A stretch of DNA of 28,844 bases from a virus (Duplodnaviria; Caudoviricetes), in IMG/VR virus record IMGVR_UViG_3300023252_000167, positions 1 through 28,844 of that record; one strand, written 5' to 3'. The notes beneath the pieces are model-generated. The model was not told where the DNA came from, did no database searches, and was given only the letters and a program-made list of their open reading frames with translations. Position 1 is the first letter of the stretch, and every line of letters starts with the position of its first letter. The position numbers were made by a program, and so were the translations under genes. Shown here one piece after another: positions 1 to 9,356 of the stretch.

Positions 1-951
1 ACGGCCGAGGGACGGGCGGGGTATTTCTTCGATTACTCCCAGAGCGCTGAGAAGCAGCAGCTATCGGGCGTGCCGCTGGGCCTGCTGGACTGGAAGTTCT
101 TCTTCTTCAGTTGGTGGCGCAATCCACTGTACTGGCTTGACCCGGAAGGCGTGGTCATCCCGCAGCGGTTGACTGACTACTTCAACGAGCTCTTTGCTAA
201 ACACGGAATTTTTACCAACCCCGGCCAGCGCGCCTGGTACGCCGCCAAGGAGAAGACCCTCGGCGACGACATGAAGCGGGAGTACCCGTCGATCCCGGCT
301 GAGGCATTCCAGCAGTCAATCGAAGGTGCTTACTACTCCAAGCAGTTCACAAAGCTTTATGCCGCCCAGCGGATTGGCGTGCTACCCGACAACAGCCATC
401 TGCCAGTGCATACGTTCTGGGATATCGGCGTGGGCGACTCCACGGCGATCTGGTTCGTTCGGTTCGTAGGCGAAGAATTCCACGTCATCGACTTCTACCA
501 GAACAGCGGCGAGGGCCTTCGGCACTACATGAAAGTGCTCAGGGACCGGGGCTATAGCTACGGCGAGCACTGGGGTCCGCACGATATCGACAATCGCGAG
601 TTCGGCAGTGACGGTAAGACTCGCCGTGAAATCGCCCGCGAGGGCTACGAGATCGACGGTGAGAAGTACAGCCTCACATTCAAAGTCGTGCCGAAGCTCG
701 GTGTCGATGACGGCATCGACCAGGTGCGTGAAATTCTTCCTGCATGCGCCTTCGACGAATCGAAGTGCGAGGAGGGGATCGCGTGCCTGGAAAACTACCG
801 AAAGGAATGGGACGACAAGCGCGGTTGCTGGAAAGACAAGCCGCTGCATGACTGGTCTTCACACGCATCTGATGGATTCCGCTATTTCGCTGTTTCAATG
901 AGTAGACGCAAGCGCACGGGCGGCGTCCGCCGTATAGGAGGCCTTGCCTGA
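1..951 (+). CDS. Terminase large subunit (5'-truncated by window)
   Basis: Frame is open from base 1 (TAEGRAGYFFDY...). RNase H-like nuclease motifs FWDIGVGDSTAIW and HDWSSHASDGFRY. Stop overlaps the portal start (TGATG). Confidence 0.93.
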   Translation, partial: TAEGRAGYFFDYSQSAEKQQLSGVPLGLLDWKFFFFSWWRNPLYWLDPEGVVIPQRLTDYFNELFAKHGIFTNPGQRAWYAAKEKTLGDDMKREYPSIPAEAFQQSIEGAYYSKQFTKLYAAQRIGVLPDNSHLPVHTFWDIGVGDSTAIWFVRFVGEEFHVIDFYQNSGEGLRHYMKVLRDRGYSYGEHWGPHDIDNREFGSDGKTRREIAREGYEIDGEKYSLTFKVVPKLGVDDGIDQVREILPACAFDESKCEEGIACLENYRKEWDDKRGCWKDKPLHDWSSHASDGFRYFAVSMSRRKRTGGVRRIGGLA

Positions 952-2411
952 TGCCTGTTCAATCCACAAACCCCGAGTACGACGTACACCTGCCTGAATG
1001 GCAGATGATGGACGACGCGCTCGAAGGCGAATGCGCGATCAATCGCAGCGCGAAGTATCTGCCCAAGCCATCTGGCATGGTCGAGGCGGAGAAGATCGAT
1101 GCGGCAGGGAACGCCTACCTCTACAAAAACTACCGCGACCGCGCTCAGTACGAGCACTGGGTGCGAGACTCTCTGCGCTCAATGATGGGACTGGTCTCCC
1201 GGCTCATTCCCGAGATCAGCCTGCCCTCTGGGCTCAAGGATCTGGAGGATAACGCCACTGCCGACGGCTTCGACCTCAAGCAGCTGTTCTTGCGCATGGT
1301 GCGCCAGACCGTTTCCCACGGGCGCATCCCGTTGGTGGTGAACGTCGACGACAGCGGCAAGCCGTATTTCTCGACCTATGCCACACGCAACGCCATCAAT
1401 TGGGACACTGCAGACCAAGGTGGTCGGCAGGACCTGGTGCTGGCGGTGTTCCGCGAGTTCCGGCGGAAGTCCGAGGATCGATACAGTCACGAATGCGTCA
1501 CCGTCTACCGCGAGTTCTACATGGTCGACGGCGTCTGCTACACGGCGGTGCGCGACGAGGGTGGTGAGTTGATCGAGGACGAGCGACCACTCGGCACGAT
1601 CGGCAACAACAACCAGTTAGTGCGAGGCCTTGGCTACCTGCCGGTCATCTACTGCGGCTCTACCGACAACTCCCCGGACGTTGACGAAGTGCCACTGCTG
1701 ACCATGGCGCGCGCAGCCGTGAAGTCTTACCAGCTGAGTGCCGACTACTTCACCGCGCTCCACCAGACCAGCCACCCGCAGCCGTGGGTAGCCGGGCTGG
1801 ACGAGAAAGTCGAGCTTACCGTAACCGGCCCATCGGCGGCTTGGGATCTGGGTCCGAGCGGTTCGTGCGGCTATCTGGAATTCCAGGGCGCGGGAATCGA
1901 GGCTGTTCGCACGGCGATGAGTGACCAGAAGAGCGCTGCGCTTGAGGCTGGTGCCAAGGTGATGGACGCTACCGGCGGTACCGAGTCGGGGGAAGCCCGG
2001 AAGACTCGCCAAAACGACCAGCACGCCACGCTGCACAGCATCGTCATGTCAGTTGCCGAAGCAATCGAGCAGGGTCTGCGCTACGCGGCTGAGTGGACCG
2101 GTTACAACCCGGACGACGTGACGTTTACCGTCAAGCCTGAATTCATCACGCCGGTCGTTGATCCTCAGGTTCTGGCAGAGCTGCAAAAGGCAGTCATGGC
2201 AGGCACCGTAAGCGCCGACACGTACTGGCTGTACCTCACCACCGGCAAGCTGCCAGAGCGCGACTACGAAGACGAGTCGGAACTGATCAGCGACGAGCGC
2301 GAATCCGCTGGCATCAACCTGGACAACGAAAATGGCGACGGTACCGGCAGAACAGGACGCGCAACTGCTGGAGCAGACGACCCGGCACTCGGTGATGATC
2401 GAGCGGCTTAA
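951..2411 (+). CDS. Portal protein (DUF4055-like)
   Basis: 486 aa directly after TerL. YLPKP...Y..RA N-terminus, PLLTMARAAVKSYQLSADY and ESGEA motifs are typical of this portal family. Confidence 0.88.
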   Translation: MPVQSTNPEYDVHLPEWQMMDDALEGECAINRSAKYLPKPSGMVEAEKIDAAGNAYLYKNYRDRAQYEHWVRDSLRSMMGLVSRLIPEISLPSGLKDLEDNATADGFDLKQLFLRMVRQTVSHGRIPLVVNVDDSGKPYFSTYATRNAINWDTADQGGRQDLVLAVFREFRRKSEDRYSHECVTVYREFYMVDGVCYTAVRDEGGELIEDERPLGTIGNNNQLVRGLGYLPVIYCGSTDNSPDVDEVPLLTMARAAVKSYQLSADYFTALHQTSHPQPWVAGLDEKVELTVTGPSAAWDLGPSGSCGYLEFQGAGIEAVRTAMSDQKSAALEAGAKVMDATGGTESGEARKTRQNDQHATLHSIVMSVAEAIEQGLRYAAEWTGYNPDDVTFTVKPEFITPVVDPQVLAELQKAVMAGTVSADTYWLYLTTGKLPERDYEDESELISDERESAGINLDNENGDGTGRTGRATAGADDPALGDDRAA

Positions 2412-3423
2412 AGCTGGCGAGGTCAAGAAATTCGAGAAGTACCTGCGCCAGATAGACAGCGTTGTGAGGGACCAACTGACCCGCAAGGAACTGACGACCT
2501 ACAGCCGTCAGCGGCTTGAAGATTTCTTGGCGCGGGTCGACGGCAAGCTGCTCGACATCTACAAGACCTATGCCGATGTGGTTCAGGCTGATCTGGTGGA
2601 CATCGCGCTCTATGAGTCGACGTTCGAAGCCAGCAGCTTAAATCATGCATTCTCGATTGATGCGGTCGTGCCGAGCAACGCGGTCATCCGCGCGGCGGTG
2701 TTCTCTTATCCGCTGCAAGTGACCGGGCTCGACGGCGGCAAGCTGTTGAAGCCATTCCTCAGCGACTGGACACGCGCCGAGACAATGCGAGTCACCAACA
2801 CCATCAGGCTCGGCTTCGGCCAGGGCCAGACGAACGCGCAAATCATCCAGGCTGTTCGCGGTACCGCCACACAGAACTTCACTGACGGCGTTCTGGCGAT
2901 CAGCAACCGCAACGCGGCATCGGTGGTGCAGACCGCGATCCAGCATGTGGCCACGACCGCGCGGATGGAAACGCTGAAGGCGAACCCTGATGTCGTTCAA
3001 GGCTACCGCTGGGTATCGACGCTGGATCGAAAGACCTCGCAGCAGTGCAAGGGCCTCGACGGCCGGGTTTTCAAGGTCGGCAAAGGGCCGCTACCGCCGG
3101 CGCACATCAACTGCCGATCTACCACCACGGCGTTGACCAGGCTCGATGACTTTTTCTCCGATGGCGCTACTCGCGCTTCGATCGGTGATGACGGTGGCGG
3201 GCAGGTTGATGCCTCGCTGACTTACTACACCTGGTTGGCAACTCAGCCAGCCAGCTTTCAAGATGCGGCCCTGGGCCCGGTACGTGGAAGACTGTTCCGA
3301 AACGGCGGACTGTCACCCGAGAAGTTCGCAAAGCTGCAGCTCAACAAATCATTCAAGCCTTTGACCTTGGCCCAGCTGAAAGAGATAGAGCCGGAAATGT
3401 TCAAGCGTGCCGGTGTAAACTGA
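2332..3423 (+). CDS. Head morphogenesis / minor capsid protein (SPP1 gp7, Mu gpF family)
   Basis: WVSTLDRKTSQQCKGLDG...PPAHINCRS signature; follows the portal and overlaps it by 80 bp. Confidence 0.9.
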   Translation: MATVPAEQDAQLLEQTTRHSVMIERLKAGEVKKFEKYLRQIDSVVRDQLTRKELTTYSRQRLEDFLARVDGKLLDIYKTYADVVQADLVDIALYESTFEASSLNHAFSIDAVVPSNAVIRAAVFSYPLQVTGLDGGKLLKPFLSDWTRAETMRVTNTIRLGFGQGQTNAQIIQAVRGTATQNFTDGVLAISNRNAASVVQTAIQHVATTARMETLKANPDVVQGYRWVSTLDRKTSQQCKGLDGRVFKVGKGPLPPAHINCRSTTTALTRLDDFFSDGATRASIGDDGGGQVDASLTYYTWLATQPASFQDAALGPVRGRLFRNGGLSPEKFAKLQLNKSFKPLTLAQLKEIEPEMFKRAGVN

Positions 3424-3447
3424 CCGCCCATCCCACCAGGGCGCGCC

Positions 3448-3954
3448 ATGATCATCGTCGAGCACGGTAAGGGCGACAATCCCGAGGCGAACAGCTACGC
3501 CGACACGGAAGCGCTGCGGTTTCACGGCGACTACTACGGGTTTCCTGTGCCTTTGGATGAATCTTCCCGGGTCGAGTACCTGCTGAAGGCTGCTCGTGCC
3601 ATGGGTGCGATGCAATGGAAAGGCAGGCCTGCGTCGCACCGCCAGCCGTTGGCCTGGCCACGCAACGAAATCGTGATCGCTGGGGAGTTCCTTAGCAAGA
3701 CGCTGATCCCCTACGGCATCCGGCACGGGCAAACCATGCTTGCCATCGAGCTCTACGCTGCTGATCAGGGGATTGAGTTGCAGGCCCCCACACATTCGTT
3801 CGACGGCAAGAAACGGGTGCCGCTGACGCGCAGCACGGCTGACCACCGCAACCATCCGCCGCTATGGGTGGAAAGCAGGACGCAATTCGTTGACTACCTG
3901 CTGATGCGAGGACTGCGAGTCGTCGGCTATTCCGGAGAACGCTGGACAGAATAG
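3448..3954 (+). CDS. DnaT-like / head-tail adaptor-like phage protein in an atypical position
   Basis: IIVEHGKG...ANSYA, WKG...QPLAWPR and IP..I..GQ..LA motifs resemble the phage 'DnaT-like' adaptor family. Confidence 0.65.
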   Translation: MIIVEHGKGDNPEANSYADTEALRFHGDYYGFPVPLDESSRVEYLLKAARAMGAMQWKGRPASHRQPLAWPRNEIVIAGEFLSKTLIPYGIRHGQTMLAIELYAADQGIELQAPTHSFDGKKRVPLTRSTADHRNHPPLWVESRTQFVDYLLMRGLRVVGYSGERWTE

Positions 3955-4028
3955 CTCCGCCGCCTAAGCTTGGTTATCAATCCCGCGCTTCCAGGTCTTG
4001 AGCGGTGACTCCTTGGTGTGGAAGAGCT

Positions 4029-4475
4029 ATGGCAAGGAAAACTGGCCCAAGACAAGGTTCTAGTGATGGCCCTCAGGATGCTCCAGAGCTCCACGAGACC
4101 TCGCTAGAGCTAGAGGATGAGATCGACCGTATTCGTGGGCTTACGCGCGAAACAATAGAGCGCATAGACCGCGTGCAGCGTGAAGTTTCTGAGGAATTCG
4201 ACGGCGCGGCTTACGCAGACGATGAGTCTGGAGGGAATATGGGTGCTCGGCTGGCTAATCTTGAACGCGACGTGACAGAGATCAAGGTCTCTATGGGGAA
4301 GATAGAGACAAGGATTGCCCGCATCGAGTCCGATATGTTGACCAAAGGATTCGCGGCAGTCGTGGCGGTCGGAGTCATGATCACAATAGTTGGAGGGGCG
4401 TGGTGGATCGTCCAGCAGTATCTAGCGCCACTCATTCAGAACCTACCTAAAATCCTTGAGCACCTGCCTAAATAG
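4029..4475 (+). CDS. Moron: coiled-coil protein with C-terminal transmembrane helix
   Basis: ATG at 4029, plus an in-frame ATG at 4239 with GGAGG SD. Heptad-like RLANLERDVTEIK, hydrophobic FAAVVAVGVMITIVGGAWWIV. Followed by a terminator. Confidence 0.7.
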   Translation: MARKTGPRQGSSDGPQDAPELHETSLELEDEIDRIRGLTRETIERIDRVQREVSEEFDGAAYADDESGGNMGARLANLERDVTEIKVSMGKIETRIARIESDMLTKGFAAVVAVGVMITIVGGAWWIVQQYLAPLIQNLPKILEHLPK

Positions 4476-4496
4476 CTAGGCAGATCTGCAACATTC

Positions 4497-4522
4497 AACC
4501 TCGGCCATGCCGGGGTTTTTTT
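4497..4522 (+). terminator. Rho-independent terminator
   Basis: AACCTCGGC-CAT-GCCGGGGTT hairpin running into a T7 tract. Confidence 0.8.
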
Positions 4523-4563
4523 ATGCCCGCAAAGCGGGAAATCAAACCCAAGGGGTGCACCAA

Positions 4564-5301
4564 GTGGCAGACGAAAACCAGATTGATCTTGAAGACCAGG
4601 CCGTAAAGGACGCCATCGCGGCAGCTGTAGAAGCTGCTACCGCCGGCCTCAAGAACAAGAACTCCGAGCTGCTTGGCAAGCTCAAGACCTCCACCACTGA
4701 ACTGGATAGTTTCAAAACCCAGTTCGAAGGCCTGGACATCAATGCAGTGAAAGGCCTGCTCGCCAAGGTAGGCCAGGACGAAGAGACCAAGCTGATTGCC
4801 GAGGGCAAGCTTGACGAAGTCATCACCCGCCGCACCGAGCGCCTTCGCGGCGACTACGACAAGCAGTTGGCCGCCGAGAAGGCTCGCGCTGACAAAGCTG
4901 AAGCCTTCGCTGCGAAGTACAGCGACAAGGTGCTGGCCGACTCCATCCGCGCTGCTGCCATCAAGGCCGGTGCGCTGCCCGAGGCTGCCGAGGACATCAT
5001 CCTGCGCGCCAAGGGCACCTTCAAACTCAGCGACGACGGCGAGGCGATCGCCACCGACCGTGATGGCGAGGTCATCTACGGCAAGGACGGCAAGACGCCT
5101 CTGTCCCCGCTCGAATGGGCGGAATCGCTGCGTGAAACAGCTACACACCTCTGGCCAAGGGCTCAGGGTGCCGGGCAGACCGGCGACAACGGTGGCAAGG
5201 CCACGAAGAAGTGGGGCGAGTACACGGAGTCCGAGCGCGCTGTGCTGGCCCGCGACAACCCCGATGCGTTCAAAAAACTCTTGGCCACTAAAGGAACCTA
5301 A
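4564..5301 (+). CDS. Capsid scaffolding protein
   Basis: GTG start after AGGGG SD. GLKNKNSELLG motif, charged coiled coil and Gly-rich C-terminal region; immediately upstream of the capsid gene. Confidence 0.82.
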   Translation: MADENQIDLEDQAVKDAIAAAVEAATAGLKNKNSELLGKLKTSTTELDSFKTQFEGLDINAVKGLLAKVGQDEETKLIAEGKLDEVITRRTERLRGDYDKQLAAEKARADKAEAFAAKYSDKVLADSIRAAAIKAGALPEAAEDIILRAKGTFKLSDDGEAIATDRDGEVIYGKDGKTPLSPLEWAESLRETATHLWPRAQGAGQTGDNGGKATKKWGEYTESERAVLARDNPDAFKKLLATKGT

Positions 5302-5304
5302 TTC

Positions 5305-6282
5305 ATGGCAACGACCCAACTGGCGGACATCTTTGTCGCCGACTATTACGGCACTATCGCGCCGGTCAACTCCCCGGAAAAGACTGCGGTCTTCGAATCC
5401 GGAATCATCGTCAAATCGCCCGAACTGGACGCCATCGCGCAGAACGGCCAAGGCACCTCGGAAATCAGCTACTGGCAAGATTTGGACGCTGACGAAGAGC
5501 CCAACATCTCGAACGATAACCCGGATGACCTGGGCGAAGTCGGCAAGGCAGAGCAGGGCACCATGCGCGCCCGCACGCTCTACCTCAACAAAGGCTATGG
5601 CGTTGCTGACCTGACGTCCGAGCTGGCCAACACCGAGCCGATGCAGCACATCCGCAACCGCTTCGGCACCTACTGGACCCGCCGCTGGCAGCGTTATCTG
5701 CTCGGCGCGGCTCGCGGCGTGATTGCCTCGAACATCGCGAACGATGCCGGTGACATGGTTGTGGACGCGGGCGCCACCATCAGCGCGGGTGCGTTCCAGG
5801 ATGCCGCTTTCACCTCCGGCGATGCCGCTGACGTGTTCTCCGCGATAGGGGTTCACTCCGTAGTCATGAACCAGATGGTGAAGCAGGACCTCATCGAGTA
5901 CCTGCGCGATTCTGACGGCCGCATCATCCTGGCCACCTACCTGGGCAAGCCAGTGTTCATGGACGACAGCCTCGTCTACGGCGCTGGCCGCTACCTGTCG
6001 GTGTTCTTCGGCCAAGGGGCGTTCGGTTACGGCGAGGGGACTCCAGCCGTTCCGGTCGAACTGGAGCGTAAGCCAAGCGGCGGCAATGGTGGCGGTGCTG
6101 AAGTCCTGTGGGAGCGTAAGACGCTCATCCTGCAGCCTGCTGGTTTCAGCTGGAAAGGCAGCAACAACCAGAACCTCAGCCCGACCGCGACCCAGTACGC
6201 GAGCGCGGCGAACTGGGAGCGCGTCTTCGACCGCAAGCAGGTGCCGTTCGCTGCCGTGATCAGCGGTACCACCACCCCGTAA
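5305..6282 (+). CDS. Major capsid protein
   Basis: 325 aa after the scaffold with strong codon bias. VHS, TYLGKPVFMDD, VELERKP..GNGGG and NWERVFDRKQV motifs. Confidence 0.9.
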   Translation: MATTQLADIFVADYYGTIAPVNSPEKTAVFESGIIVKSPELDAIAQNGQGTSEISYWQDLDADEEPNISNDNPDDLGEVGKAEQGTMRARTLYLNKGYGVADLTSELANTEPMQHIRNRFGTYWTRRWQRYLLGAARGVIASNIANDAGDMVVDAGATISAGAFQDAAFTSGDAADVFSAIGVHSVVMNQMVKQDLIEYLRDSDGRIILATYLGKPVFMDDSLVYGAGRYLSVFFGQGAFGYGEGTPAVPVELERKPSGGNGGGAEVLWERKTLILQPAGFSWKGSNNQNLSPTATQYASAANWERVFDRKQVPFAAVISGTTTP

Positions 6283-6333
6283 TCCAGCTGCGGCCGGGGG
6301 TCTGCGGGCGCCCCTGCCGCAAGGGAGCAAATC

Positions 6334-6783
6334 ATGAAAGTGATCTACACCGACAAACCGGGCAATGAGCCTGGCGTGTGCTATCGACTGCTCAGTGAGT
6401 TCTTCGGGGTGATCAGCGCGGCAACCGATGTTTTCGTGCAGGGCGATAACCCCAACATCATCGAGGCCTACAAGCGCGCAGGCATCAAGGTGACCGGCGC
6501 CGATGAAAACGGCCTGCGTACCGATGGCCCGACCGTTGCCGAGTATGTTGACGCTGGCTATCAGGCGGGCAGCTACCCACCGACTGGCTACGCCTCGCGC
6601 AGCACTGCCGAAGAAATCGAAGCAGCGATTGCCGCTCAGAAGCCGAAGGCTGACACCAACACTGAAACCGACCCGCTGAAAATGAAGGTCGACGACCTCA
6701 AGGCTTGGCTGACCGCGAAAAACATCTCGTTCGACGCTTCGGCCAAGAAAGAAGACCTGCAGGCCCTAGTGCCAGCGGAATAA
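6334..6783 (+). CDS. Post-capsid protein with C-terminal HeH/LEM-like domain
   Basis: GGGAG SD; C-terminal MKVDDLKAWLTAKNISFDASAKKEDLQAL helix-extension-helix pattern. Confidence 0.75.
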   Translation: MKVIYTDKPGNEPGVCYRLLSEFFGVISAATDVFVQGDNPNIIEAYKRAGIKVTGADENGLRTDGPTVAEYVDAGYQAGSYPPTGYASRSTAEEIEAAIAAQKPKADTNTETDPLKMKVDDLKAWLTAKNISFDASAKKEDLQALVPAE

Positions 6784-6793
6784 GGACAAGCAC

Positions 6794-7171
6794 ATGACCG
6801 ATTTCATCACCGTGGCCGATGTCGATGCTCAGTTGGGGCCTGACTGGGCTGGCACCGGTGATGCGGTCCTTGCTGTGGCGATGGCGAATGCCTGGCTCAC
6901 GGCCAAGATTAATCGACCCGTTGCCGATCCGACCCCTGACGCTATCAAGCTTGCAGGTGCTCAGGTTGCGAAAGAAGCGGCGGCTGGCAACTTGTACAAA
7001 GCGACCCAGAAGGAAGTGCTGAGCAAGACGGTATCGGCTCAGTCTGGCACTTCCGTCAGCAAGACCTACGCGGAAGGTTCGACTGACCTTTCCGCCGGCG
7101 AGAACTTCGCACTGGCGCTGTTGGCGCCGTGGATCAAGCGCTCGGGCACGATCATGCTTAAACGGGTGTAG
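6794..7171 (+). CDS. Head-tail adaptor (neck) protein
   Basis: FITVADVD N-terminus, P-D-A-I-K-L-A helix, LLAPW C-terminus; canonical position; AAGGA SD. Confidence 0.75.
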   Translation: MTDFITVADVDAQLGPDWAGTGDAVLAVAMANAWLTAKINRPVADPTPDAIKLAGAQVAKEAAAGNLYKATQKEVLSKTVSAQSGTSVSKTYAEGSTDLSAGENFALALLAPWIKRSGTIMLKRV

Positions 7172-7173
7172 CC

Positions 7174-7563
7174 ATGGGAATGCGCGAAGAGATTCAGGCC
7201 GAACTGGCCGAAACGTTTGACGATCCGGACGGCCTGGCTGACGCGGTGAAGCCCGTGGAAGGCTCGCGCAAATCCACCCCGGCCTATGACCCGTCTACGG
7301 GCACTACCACTGGTGGAACCATTACCTACACCGGGCGTGGGACCTTCGGCAGCTATCTCGCCAAGGAGATCGATGGCTCGCTGATTCAGACCACCGACGA
7401 AAAGCTGCTGATCCTCCAGAACGAACTGTTCATATCTGCAGCTGGCTTGCCGACGACGACACCAGCCGAGCCAAAGCTCGGCGACATCATCGCGGCGAAG
7501 CGTGTGCTGAACGTGAGCCAGGATCCAGCTGGTGCCACCTGGACCGTTCAACTGAGGAAGTGA
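7174..7563 (+). CDS. Head closure / stopper protein
   Basis: YDPSTG, IDGSLIQTTDEKL and DPAGATWTVQLR motifs; position in the neck cluster. Confidence 0.72.
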   Translation: MGMREEIQAELAETFDDPDGLADAVKPVEGSRKSTPAYDPSTGTTTGGTITYTGRGTFGSYLAKEIDGSLIQTTDEKLLILQNELFISAAGLPTTTPAEPKLGDIIAAKRVLNVSQDPAGATWTVQLRK

Positions 7564-7564
7564 T

Positions 7565-8221
7565 ATGGCTTCCAAATATTCAGGACTGAGCGGCGGTTTT
7601 GCCGCGCAGATCCAGGCTTTTGCCGATCAGGCGCAGCTGGCGATCGACGCGACATTGCGCGAGATAGTCATCGAACTCGGCAGCAGCGTGATTCGCATGT
7701 CGCCCGTGGGCAACCCGGAAATATGGGCCGCCAACGTTGCGCACCGGGCAAAGAACAAGGCCGAGGCTGATGCCTACGACGCGCATGTCGAAGTACGCAA
7801 CGTAATCACCTCTCTGACACCGAGCAATTTCACCCGCAACGGCAACCTGAAGCGCGGCGTGAAATACTCCAAGCCGCTGACCAAGGCCGAGCGGGTGCAG
7901 AACTTCAATGTGAACGGGCTGGTATCCGGTAAGGACTACGTCGGCGGGCGCTTTCGTGGCAACTGGATGTTCAGCATCGGGTCGCCGGACAACACCATAA
8001 CGGATGAGGTCGACCCAAGCGGACGCAAGTCCACGGCGCGCATTGTCGACGGCGCGATCGAGTTCAAGGCGGGCGACACGGCCTACATCACCAACTCGCT
8101 GCCGTACGCGATCCCGCTGGAGTTCGGTCATTCCCAGCAGGCGCCCGGCGGCATGGTACGAATCACCGTCGCGCGCTTCCAGCAGATCGTGCTGGAGGCC
8201 ATCAGGAACAACCAGGTATGA
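7565..8221 (+). CDS. HK97 gp10-like neck / tail completion protein
   Basis: SPVG...GRFRGNW, NSLPYAIPLEFGHSQQAPGGMV motifs. Confidence 0.82.
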   Translation: MASKYSGLSGGFAAQIQAFADQAQLAIDATLREIVIELGSSVIRMSPVGNPEIWAANVAHRAKNKAEADAYDAHVEVRNVITSLTPSNFTRNGNLKRGVKYSKPLTKAERVQNFNVNGLVSGKDYVGGRFRGNWMFSIGSPDNTITDEVDPSGRKSTARIVDGAIEFKAGDTAYITNSLPYAIPLEFGHSQQAPGGMVRITVARFQQIVLEAIRNNQV

Positions 8222-8628
8222 GCCATCAGATTATTCGCCGCATCTACGAGCAGCGGCTTGCAGCCTGGGCCGCGCCACGCGGCTTGCGGATCGCCTATCA
8301 GGGCGTGGCATTTGAGCCCAGTGACGGCGAAACTTATCTACGCACCTTCACGTTGCCCGCGGGCACCGACACCCAGACGCTCGAGGGCACAGACCGGGTA
8401 TATACCGGCGTGCTCCAGATCAGTGTCGTGACACCGGCTGGTAATGGCACAGGCGATGCTGAAGGCTTGATCGACGACCTTGACGACCTATTCCCCACGT
8501 ACCTGCGACTGCAGCAGGGCGACTTCGAAGTGATGGTGCTGACGCCTGTTGAGCCCGGGCCAGCCATTGTCGATGACACAACTCTCACCGTATCGGCATC
8601 GTTTCAATACCGGGCCGACCGCGCATAA
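8218..8628 (+). CDS. Tail terminator-like protein (DUF4128-like)
   Basis: ATGA overlap with the previous gene; YTGVLQISVVTPAGNG motif; precedes the tail tube gene. Confidence 0.75.
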   Translation: MSHQIIRRIYEQRLAAWAAPRGLRIAYQGVAFEPSDGETYLRTFTLPAGTDTQTLEGTDRVYTGVLQISVVTPAGNGTGDAEGLIDDLDDLFPTYLRLQQGDFEVMVLTPVEPGPAIVDDTTLTVSASFQYRADRA

Positions 8629-8650
8629 CCCGCCCATTGGGCAAACCCCG

Positions 8651-8674
8651 AACCCCGCCAAGTGCGGGGTTTTT
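8651..8674 (+). terminator. Rho-independent terminator
   Basis: AACCCCGC-CAAGT-GCGGGGTT hairpin plus T tract. Confidence 0.75.
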
Positions 8675-8699
8675 CATTTCTGCGAAGAGGAAAAATCCC

Positions 8700-9347
8700 A
8701 TGGGCTACAAACTCCCGAACGGCGGCTACTACCAGGTCGCGGCCACTTACGATGCCGTCCTGCCGTTCTCGGCGCTGTCGAACGCCACTGAAGCTGTGGC
8801 TACCGTCACCGGTGCGTCCCTTGCGGTGGGCGACATCGTTCTGCTCAGCTCCGGCTGGAGCAAGCTGGACAACAAAGTGGTGCGCGTGAAGGCCGCTACG
8901 GCAACTGCGATCACGCTGGAAGGCATCGATACCAGCGACGTGATCCTGTTCCCCGCCGGCGGCGGTGTCGGCAGCATGAAGAAGATCCTCACTTGGGTTC
9001 AGGTACCTCAGGTGTCGGACCTGGCTTTCTCGGGCGGCGATCAGAACTATCTGGACGTGGTTTTCCTCGAGGATGACCAAGGCAAGCAGGTTCCCACCGA
9101 CAAGTCTGCAGCCAGCATGACGCTGACCATCGCTGACGACCCATCTAAGCCGTTCAACGCTGTTCTGCTCAAGGCCGACGCCGGTAAGCAAGTGCAAGCG
9201 GCTCGGCTGGTCCTGCCGGGTACCGACCAACTGCTCTACGGCGCGTTTATCTCGTTCTCCAAGCAGCCGGCGGTATCACGCAACAACCTGCTGGCCCGTA
9301 CTGTCAGCCTAGCCCTGCAATCCGAACCAACCCGCTACCTGTCGTAA
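8700..9347 (+). CDS. Major tail (tube) protein
   Basis: ATG at 8700 after GAGG SD. MGYKLPNG, SNATEAVAT, SGWSKL and GGDQNY motifs; upstream of the chaperones. Confidence 0.87.
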   Translation: MGYKLPNGGYYQVAATYDAVLPFSALSNATEAVATVTGASLAVGDIVLLSSGWSKLDNKVVRVKAATATAITLEGIDTSDVILFPAGGGVGSMKKILTWVQVPQVSDLAFSGGDQNYLDVVFLEDDQGKQVPTDKSAASMTLTIADDPSKPFNAVLLKADAGKQVQAARLVLPGTDQLLYGAFISFSKQPAVSRNNLLARTVSLALQSEPTRYLS

Positions 9348-9356
9348 GGAATCCTC

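Noticed and set aside
2332-2411. 80-bp overlap of portal and head morphogenesis genes
   Set aside because: It covers only low-complexity termini; no sign of frameshifting.
4495-6330. 611-aa minus-strand ORF
   Set aside because: Antisense shadow of the scaffold and capsid genes, which share a frame and have strong codon bias; no recognisable motifs.
6280-6333. Capsid stop is in frame with ORF 6334, with no intervening stop and a GC hairpin (6289-6321), suggesting readthrough
   Set aside because: TAAT is a strong stop context and 6334 has its own SD. The hairpin lacks a U tract and more likely stabilises or processes the mRNA.
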